63,812 nucleotides of DNA from Candidatus Limnocylindrales bacterium (lineage in GTDB: Bacteria; Acidobacteriota; Terriglobia; Acidiferrales; UBA7541). The stretch lies in contig DATLTU010000014.1 in NCBI GenBank assembly GCA_035533415.1, positions 1-63,812 on the forward strand. Direction: 5' to 3'. A program made the position numbers and the translations under genes. The notes beneath the pieces were generated by a model. That model was not told the origin of the DNA. It saw only the letters and a program-made list of their open reading frames with translations, and searched no databases. Of the stretch, positions 58,036 to 63,812 are shown one piece after another. The stretch's first letter is position 1, and every line of letters begins with the position of its first letter.

Positions 58036-61000
58036 TCATTTCTCGGGCCAGTTGGGAATTGTTCCCGGCGTCCACGGCGCGCCGGCGTCTTGCATCGCCT
58101 TTTGCAGCTTCACGAGATCAACCTGAACCAGATTGCGCAGTTTTGCGAGCACCGGGGCAAATTCCTGCGACGCGATCTGGTAATCCTGGCGGTCGGTGCC
58201 GCTTGGAGGCGATGTGGACATGCGCTCGCTATCCATGATGGTCCCCACGCGTTCCTCGATGGACTCCGGAACCGCTTCGCCCCGCGCGCGCATGACGTTG
58301 TCGCCGCGCAGCGTGCGAAGAATGCCGTTATTCATCTGCCGCAGACTGTCGGCTTGCGCGATCAGTTTGGGATACGCGGCGGGAGCTTGTTCGAGTGCGC
58401 GCGTGATTACGTCGAGGCGGGAGTTAACGCTATTCGCCGTCTCGAGCGCCCCATAGAGCGCGCTGTAGAGATGCGCGACCTGCTGCTGGAACTCCGCAAG
58501 CGACGCTTGATCCCCGGGCTTCATGGCTCCCGCGCCCAGCGCGTATACGTCAAACGATTGCGGCCCGGCAAGCTGCGTCACCACGCCATCCACCTGCTTC
58601 GATAATGTCACCGTGTACGTGCCGGGCATCACGAGCGGCCCGCGATATGCGCCCGGCGAAAAAATCCTTTGCTCTGGAGTGGGCGGCTTTGAAGGAACAG
58701 CCGTCGCCGGATAGCGCAAATCCCACGTGGCGCGATGAAAGCCAGGCGCATTGGTCGCCGGGATCTGGCGCACGGGGTTGCCGGACGAGTCGGAAACGGT
58801 GAAGAACAAAGAAGGCGGCGGTTCTTCAGCCTCGGCGCGAAATTCGGCAGCCGTCGGATAGGGCCAGGTCTTCCCTTCTTTTGCCGCGTTTTTTTCGGCC
58901 TTCTCGCGCTGCTCTTTTTTGGTCAGCAGCTTGCTTTTGCGATAGTACGTGAGCGTCGCGCCATACGGCGGATTCGGAGCGGTAAAAAATGCGGAGCCTT
59001 GAAAGCCCTTTCCACGGAGTCCCACGCGTTCGGATTGGATATACATCGGCGCCTTGCGCACGGGAAACAGAATGCTCTTCTGCTCGAGCTCGTCCGGTTT
59101 CAAATTGCGGAGCGCGCTCATGTCGTCGAGGATGTAAAAGCCGCGGCCAAACGTCGCGACCACCAAGTCGTTTTCACGTTTCTGAATTTCCAAGTCGTGG
59201 ACGGAAATCACAGGGAAGTTGCCGGTGAGCTGAATCCACCTCTCGCCGCCATTCACGCTGAAATAGAGGCCGAACTCCGTGCCGGCAAACAGAAGATTCC
59301 CGTCCACGGGATCTTCCGCGAAAGCCAGCACCGCGCCATTCTTGGGAAGATTCGAGGAAATCGATGTCCACGTATCACCGTTGTTCGTGCTCTTTAGCAG
59401 ATACGGATGAAAATCGCCGTTCTTGTGATTGTCGAACGCGACATACACCGTGTTCACGTTGTGGCTCGAAGCAACCACGCGCGTGACAAATGCGCGGTCG
59501 GGCACACCGGGAAACGTTCCATGTTTCTGCCATGTCTTGCCTCCATCCGGCGTGAACTGAATCAGGCCGTCGTTGGTTCCCACGAAGATTGCGCCTTCCT
59601 TCAGCGGCGATTCCGAGATCGTGACGATTTCGCCGTAGGCCGACGTGGACGCATTTTTCTCCACTGCATCCGGACCCCACACTTTGCCCATTATAGGCAG
59701 GGTGTTGCGATCGATTTGGCGGCTCAAATCCGGGCTGATCGCCGTCCAGTTGTCACCGCGATCGTCGCTACGAAACAAAATGTTGCTGCCGAAATAAAGC
59801 CGGGTGTGCGAGAAAGGGCTGATGATGAGCGGTGAATCCCACCACCAGCGCAGCGGCGGCGCGCCCGCGGCCTCTTGCGGCTGGATTCCTTTTTGCTGGC
59901 CTGTGGCGCGGTCATAACGCACCAAGCCGCCATATTGCGATTCGGCGTAAACCGTATTGGGATCTTGCGGGTCGGCTTGCGAATGAAACCCGTCGCCGCC
60001 CGACGTCACGAACCAATCTCCGTTGGTGATTCCGGCGGCGCTTGTGGTGCGCGAAGGTCCGCCGACGGAGAAATTATCCTGCGTGCCGCCGTAGACGAAG
60101 TAAAACGGCTTCGCGTTGTCCACGGAGACATCGTAAAACTGCGCGAGCGGCAAATTCGCCTTCCATGTCCAATTTTTCGCGCGGTCGTAGCTCTCGTAGA
60201 GGCCGCCGTCGCAACCCACGAGCATGTAATTCGGATCGTTCGGATCGATCCACATCACGTGATTATCGACGTGCTTCCATTTTTCGCCGAGCGGATGGAC
60301 GGTCTTCGCGCCGTCGTCGGAGACCATCAAAATCACGTTCATGATGTACAGCCGGTCCACATTCTTCGGGTCCGCCGTGAGCTGCCCGTAGTACATGCCC
60401 TGCGCGCTGAACGGCGTCCGGCGCTGCCACGTCGCTCCTCGATCGGTCGAACGGAAAATGCCGCCCTTGTGATCCGCGGCTTCGATCTCCGCGTAGACCA
60501 CATTGTGATCCGCGGGAGAAATCGCGAATCCGATGCGGCCCATGTCAACCTTAGGCAGGCCTCGCGTTAGTTTTGTCCAGGTCTTGCCCGCGTCGGTCGA
60601 CTTGTAGATCGCGCTTTCCGGTCCGCCGTCGATCATTGCGTATGCTTTTCGCTCGCGCTGCCACGTAGCTGCATAGAGAACATCGGGATCGGTCGGATCC
60701 ATCGCGACGTCTCCCACTCCGGTGTACTTACCGGCGGAAAGAATCTTCGCCCACGTTTTCCCGCCGTCCGTGGTTTTGTAAAGTCCGCGGTCACCGCCGC
60801 CGTTCCACAGCGGCCCCGCGGCCGCGACATAAACCGTGTTCGTATCCTTCGGGTCGATGACAATCCGGCCGATGTGCTGCGAATCCTTGAGCCCCATGTT
60901 TTTCCAACTCGCTCCGCCGTCATCCGAACGGTAAATTCCATCGCCATAGGCAACACTGCGCTGGCTGTTGGCTTCTCCCGTGCCGGCCCACACAACGGAG

Positions 61001-61380
61001 GGATTTCGCGGATCGATCGCCAGCGCCCCAATTGAATATGCGCCTTCGTGATCGAACACTGGCTTCCATGTCCCGCCATCGTTCTTCGTTTCCCACACAC
61101 CGCCGGACGCCGCGCCGACGTAATAGTGCGCGCGGTTCGTCGGATCCACGGCGAGCGCCACGATGCGCCCGGAAATCATCGCGGGTCCAATGGAACGCAG
61201 CGCGAGTCCGGAGAACGTGGCCGCGGCCATCCGATCCGTCGGCTTCCGTTCTTCGTGTTTCGCGGATTGCCGCGCCGGTTCTTTCTGCGCCTTCTTTTTT
61301 GATTTTTGAGATGGAGACGCGCCCAACGGGCAACAGAGACACAGGAAAACTGAAAAAACGAAAACTCGCCGTGCGTTCAC
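58036..61380 (-). CDS. Secreted BNR/Asp-box repeat, sortilin/VPS10-like protein (tandem paralog)
   Basis: GTG start, 1114 aa, signal peptide. Its architecture and many blocks are shared with 54760..57942 ('GGVW.T.D.G.TWKP.F...SIGA.A.DP..P...W.GTGE'). Confidence 0.75.
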   Translation of the reverse strand: MNARRVFVFSVFLCLCCPLGASPSQKSKKKAQKEPARQSAKHEERKPTDRMAAATFSGLALRSIGPAMISGRIVALAVDPTNRAHYYVGAASGGVWETKNDGGTWKPVFDHEGAYSIGALAIDPRNPSVVWAGTGEANSQRSVAYGDGIYRSDDGGASWKNMGLKDSQHIGRIVIDPKDTNTVYVAAAGPLWNGGGDRGLYKTTDGGKTWAKILSAGKYTGVGDVAMDPTDPDVLYAATWQRERKAYAMIDGGPESAIYKSTDAGKTWTKLTRGLPKVDMGRIGFAISPADHNVVYAEIEAADHKGGIFRSTDRGATWQRRTPFSAQGMYYGQLTADPKNVDRLYIMNVILMVSDDGAKTVHPLGEKWKHVDNHVMWIDPNDPNYMLVGCDGGLYESYDRAKNWTWKANLPLAQFYDVSVDNAKPFYFVYGGTQDNFSVGGPSRTTSAAGITNGDWFVTSGGDGFHSQADPQDPNTVYAESQYGGLVRYDRATGQQKGIQPQEAAGAPPLRWWWDSPLIISPFSHTRLYFGSNILFRSDDRGDNWTAISPDLSRQIDRNTLPIMGKVWGPDAVEKNASTSAYGEIVTISESPLKEGAIFVGTNDGLIQFTPDGGKTWQKHGTFPGVPDRAFVTRVVASSHNVNTVYVAFDNHKNGDFHPYLLKSTNNGDTWTSISSNLPKNGAVLAFAEDPVDGNLLFAGTEFGLYFSVNGGERWIQLTGNFPVISVHDLEIQKRENDLVVATFGRGFYILDDMSALRNLKPDELEQKSILFPVRKAPMYIQSERVGLRGKGFQGSAFFTAPNPPYGATLTYYRKSKLLTKKEQREKAEKNAAKEGKTWPYPTAAEFRAEAEEPPPSLFFTVSDSSGNPVRQIPATNAPGFHRATWDLRYPATAVPSKPPTPEQRIFSPGAYRGPLVMPGTYTVTLSKQVDGVVTQLAGPQSFDVYALGAGAMKPGDQASLAEFQQQVAHLYSALYGALETANSVNSRLDVITRALEQAPAAYPKLIAQADSLRQMNNGILRTLRGDNVMRARGEAVPESIEERVGTIMDSERMSTSPPSGTDRQDYQIASQEFAPVLAKLRNLVQVDLVKLQKAMQDAGAPWTPGTIPNWPEK

Positions 61381-61902
61381 AATGTCACCTCTTGCTCAAA
61401 TGATTGTAGAAGACGCGTATGTATACTCCATTCGCGCCGAAAAATGAATACCGCAGTGATTTTGGTTCGCATCAACCGGTGTACACAAACACCCGCATCG
61501 GGCGCAGCAGGCCCTAGTATTTAAGGACGCAATGCAACAGACGATCCGCGGCCCTTTCGCGTTACAACGAACGAATCCACCCATGGAAATGCGTGCAGCG
61601 CCTAACGAATACCCAAGCGCCGGAGGCTGCGCTCACCACATACCACCGCTCGGGCGCGCGCGTGCCAAAACGGCGTACTGACTTTCCTCAGCCAATATGG
61701 GGACTTATCCCTATATCTTTTCGCCGTTCGCTGGGCGACGATGGGACGATAAATGGGCTGGCAGGAAATGGGCTGCCAGGCCACGGAAAGCTCACCCGTT
61801 CGAATTGACGTTCCGGCGAGATAGTTCATCGCCGCACGCCCTCGAAGTTTCCAAGCCGTACTCGTCACCAGCCGCCGAGAACTTAACTTATAGGAGAGAT
61901 CG

Positions 61903-62328
61903 ATGAGCGTTACCCGAGATTACGTTTCCACAAAAATCAAGAGGGCGGCTCTCGCAATTTCAACGCTGGGCTTGCTTGTGCTGTTTACCGGCGTTGCGAT
62001 TCCTCAAATTGCGCATGGGCAGGACGATCAGAACCGCCAAGGCCAGGAACGAGACCGCAAAGGCATGGAAAAGTGCCAGCAACGCACGCAAAAAGCCGAA
62101 GGCAGGCTCACGGAAGAAATGCGCGAGCATGGCAACCACAGCCGCCAGGCGAATCACGCGTGGATGGAACTTCGCGCGCAGCGCGAGCGCTGCTACACCG
62201 CGTACCACCAGTGGTGGAATGGGCGCGATCAGCAATGGCGTCAGGACAATGGCTGGGATCGCGACCCTCGCGGCGACGACCGTGACAATCGTGACGGAGG
62301 CCATAACCACGGCGGTCATTTGCAGTAA
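61903..62328 (+). CDS. Secreted low-complexity Gln/Arg/Asp/His-rich protein, hypothetical
   Basis: [11 protein letters not shown]. It has a signal/anchor 'LAISTLGLLVLFTGVAIPQIAHG' and a charged tail ending 'RDGGHNHGGHLQ'. Confidence 0.45.
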   Translation: MSVTRDYVSTKIKRAALAISTLGLLVLFTGVAIPQIAHGQDDQNRQGQERDRKGMEKCQQRTQKAEGRLTEEMREHGNHSRQANHAWMELRAQRERCYTAYHQWWNGRDQQWRQDNGWDRDPRGDDRDNRDGGHNHGGHLQ

Positions 62329-62354
62329 AACTCAACCTCTATCGCTCTCCCGCG

Positions 62355-62383
62355 CCTGAGTTTCGCCTAATTCGAAACTCAGG
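62355..62383 (+). terminator. Hairpin (11-bp perfect stem, 7-nt loop) 27 nt downstream of the 61903..62328 stop; no U-tract
   Basis: CCTGAGTTTCG-cctaatt-CGAAACTCAGG, read directly. Confidence 0.45.
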
Positions 62384-62455
62384 CCGGCCTGAGCATCTGC
62401 AGCTGGCCTCTATCCGCGCAATCATTAACGGAAACAATTCCATTGGAAGGATTTT

Positions 62456-62478
62456 TGGTACCCGGGGTGGGAGTCGAA
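62456..62478 (-). pseudogene. tRNA 3'-end fragment (T-loop, T-stem 3' strand, acceptor 3' strand, CCA); possible att-site remnant
   Basis: The minus strand reads TTCGACT-CCCAC-CCCGGGT-A-CCA. The expected 5' T-stem (GTGGG) is AGGGG, and no D-arm, anticodon arm or matching 5' acceptor lies upstream. Confidence 0.4.
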
Positions 62479-62799
62479 CCCCTCGGGAGGATTGATGCTG
62501 CGTAACTTACTGATCCTACGAAACGACAAAATGGAGAAAACCTGCAAAAACCCCGAACTGAGGTACACGGTGGGTACACGGATCAAATCGGAAAAATGTG
62601 TTCGCCCTCTGAAGTGAAAACTTGCCGTCTTTCGACATCCCGAGAGCTGATATACGAGCGCAGAGGGTCTCAGCTTTCGGCACGGTACTTGTGGGGGCGT
62701 CCCGCTTGGTCCTCATGAAAAGAAGCGCTGGGTCCGCGCGATTTGCACGGACAGTTCATAATTACGATTCGCAGGTCAAGTTCTTACGGGAGATGCATA

Positions 62800-63567
62800 T
62801 CACTTGCTGGGCGGGATTTCATCGCCCCAGCGGAGTGAGTCCCAGACGGGTTGCTCGTTATACGCGATGGTTTTTATCCAGAGCGTTCGGGTTCGCCGGA
62901 ATCCGGTTGGCGTTAGAGGTTCGTCCGTGAATGTGACTACCCATATCTTGCGGTCAGAAGCGAGCGCGATCTTATCCAACGCCTCTTGTACCGTTACATT
63001 CTGCAGCCGAAGGCTAATGTTTTGCTCTCCTACGTCGGCTCCTTGGCTGTAGCCTGTCCCTCCGGCTACGCCTGGTTTGGGAAGAGGAGAGGGCGAAACA
63101 TTCAGTTTGACAAGGTCGCGAAGCTGGTGAGTTGCCGTCTCCGGCATCTGGTTGCGAACGACAAAATTCGGGAGGTTCAAGTTCACGAAATCCTGCCGGT
63201 TCGATTTTGTCCATTCAGGAAAGACGTGAAGCACGCCATCCGTCACATCAAATTCATAGCCAGGATGGGCACCGATCAGTTGTTGGATTACCTGCTGGAC
63301 ATCGACGTTCGCCCAAGACGCAGACACTTTTCGCTTGGTGTCGCTGTTTTCTGACCATTGGACTCCGATGGGAACATGAAATTTCGTTGCCACCTTTGTG
63401 AGGGCATCGAGAAAATTGTCTGCGTTCAACGTGTAGTTCTTCACCCGCATGTGGAGATTCGCCTGAGGGCCGACAGGATTTCGCACAGCCGTCGGTCGCG
63501 GCGTGGGCGACAGAAGTTGTACCAGGACCAGGAAAAAAACAAAACTTGTCGGCATAGGTGTCCTCAC
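62800..63567 (-). CDS. Secreted hypothetical protein with two STN-like (secretin/TonB N-terminal-like) segments
   Basis: 255 aa with a signal peptide. 'LNADNFLDALTKVATKFHVPIGVQW' and 'LQNVTVQEALDKIALASDRKIWVV' resemble STN modules. Confidence 0.45.
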   Translation of the reverse strand: MRTPMPTSFVFFLVLVQLLSPTPRPTAVRNPVGPQANLHMRVKNYTLNADNFLDALTKVATKFHVPIGVQWSENSDTKRKVSASWANVDVQQVIQQLIGAHPGYEFDVTDGVLHVFPEWTKSNRQDFVNLNLPNFVVRNQMPETATHQLRDLVKLNVSPSPLPKPGVAGGTGYSQGADVGEQNISLRLQNVTVQEALDKIALASDRKIWVVTFTDEPLTPTGFRRTRTLWIKTIAYNEQPVWDSLRWGDEIPPSK

Positions 63568-63689
63568 TGGCCGTTGGCTAGGAGAAAGCGGAGGCGCTCA
63601 CTCGGCAAAAGTGATGCTATAGCCGTTATTCGCCGAGCAGTGCCATTCGCGGTACATCCAGACGCCGCGACCCTTGCAGGAGATGCTTA

Positions 63690-63812
63690 TCACTTGCTGG
63701 GCGGGATTGCGTCTCCCCAACGAAGGGAGTCCCAGACCGGCTGCTCGTTGGCCGCGATGATTTTTATCCACAACGAAGGAAGGAAATCAAAACACGGGCG
63801 GCGGTGTCGTTT
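63690..63812 (-). CDS. 3' end of a tandem paralog of 62800..63567 (runs off the right edge)
   Basis: The reverse translation ends ...WIKIIAANEQPVWDSLRWGDAIPPSK*, compared with ...WIKTIAYNEQPVWDSLRWGDEIPPSK* in the neighbour. Nucleotide similarity continues about 10 nt past the stop. Confidence 0.6.
   Translation of the reverse strand, partial: KRHRRPCFDFLPSLWIKIIAANEQPVWDSLRWGDAIPPSK

Noticed and set aside
62456-62545. A complete tRNA gene on the minus strand.
   Set aside because: Only the last 23 nt fit a tRNA. The 5' T-stem mismatches at 2 of 5 positions, and no anticodon arm, D-arm or complementary 5' acceptor (ACCCGGG/GCCCGGG) occurs within 100 nt.

Overview
GC-rich bacterial chromosomal window. 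The gene content (TonB with Gly/Pro tracts, CarboxypepD_reg fusions, giant BNR/sortilin-like proteins) suggests Acidobacteriota, but this is inference only. About 55 genes are called.

Left to right:
- A mobile-element junction: a truncated DUF6788-like gene, an 11-bp inverted repeat and an orphan 5' half of tRNA-Arg.
- A PIG-L deacetylase and a DUF302 protein.
- Two P-type ATPases: one P3A-like, one with a 'TPCP' motif (P1B-5-like).
- A TolC-MFP-RND (HAE1-type) efflux operon.
- A tandem USP, a DUF2892 protein and an ACR3 arsenite carrier.
- Redox module 1: cupredoxin fusion / Cyc2-like monoheme cytochrome-porin / cupredoxin fusion.
- glgP-xfp-ackA (glycogen to acetyl-P to ATP).
- An ECF sigma factor fused in cis to a complete ZAS anti-sigma domain, followed by TonB.
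- A second tandem USP and a DUF2934-Hsp20 fusion.
- Redox module 2: a third cupredoxin paralog, a lipoprotein cytochrome c, a decaheme MtrA/MtoA-like cytochrome, an 818-aa MtrB/PioB-like barrel, a monoheme cytochrome c and a NapC/CymA-like quinol dehydrogenase.
- An SRPBCC-DoxX-BtaA-like operon, a PfkB kinase and a sugar carrier.
- A 12-kb tightly coupled lipid cluster: HAD-FAR fusion, stand-alone thioester reductase, pyruvyl-transferase-like protein, two AMP-ligases, crotonase, ACP, lipid kinase, PlsC and a CDP-alcohol phosphatidyltransferase.
- Two tandem ~1100-aa BNR/Asp-box paralogs.
- A right-edge accessory patch with a tRNA 3'-end fragment.

Six GTGA-N6-TCAC (CRP/FNR-like) palindromes sit upstream of the redox and stress genes.

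The most interesting candidates are the two outer-membrane electron conduits with their triplicated cupredoxin fusions, the shared palindrome regulon, and the ElbD-like but dissociated lipid cluster.
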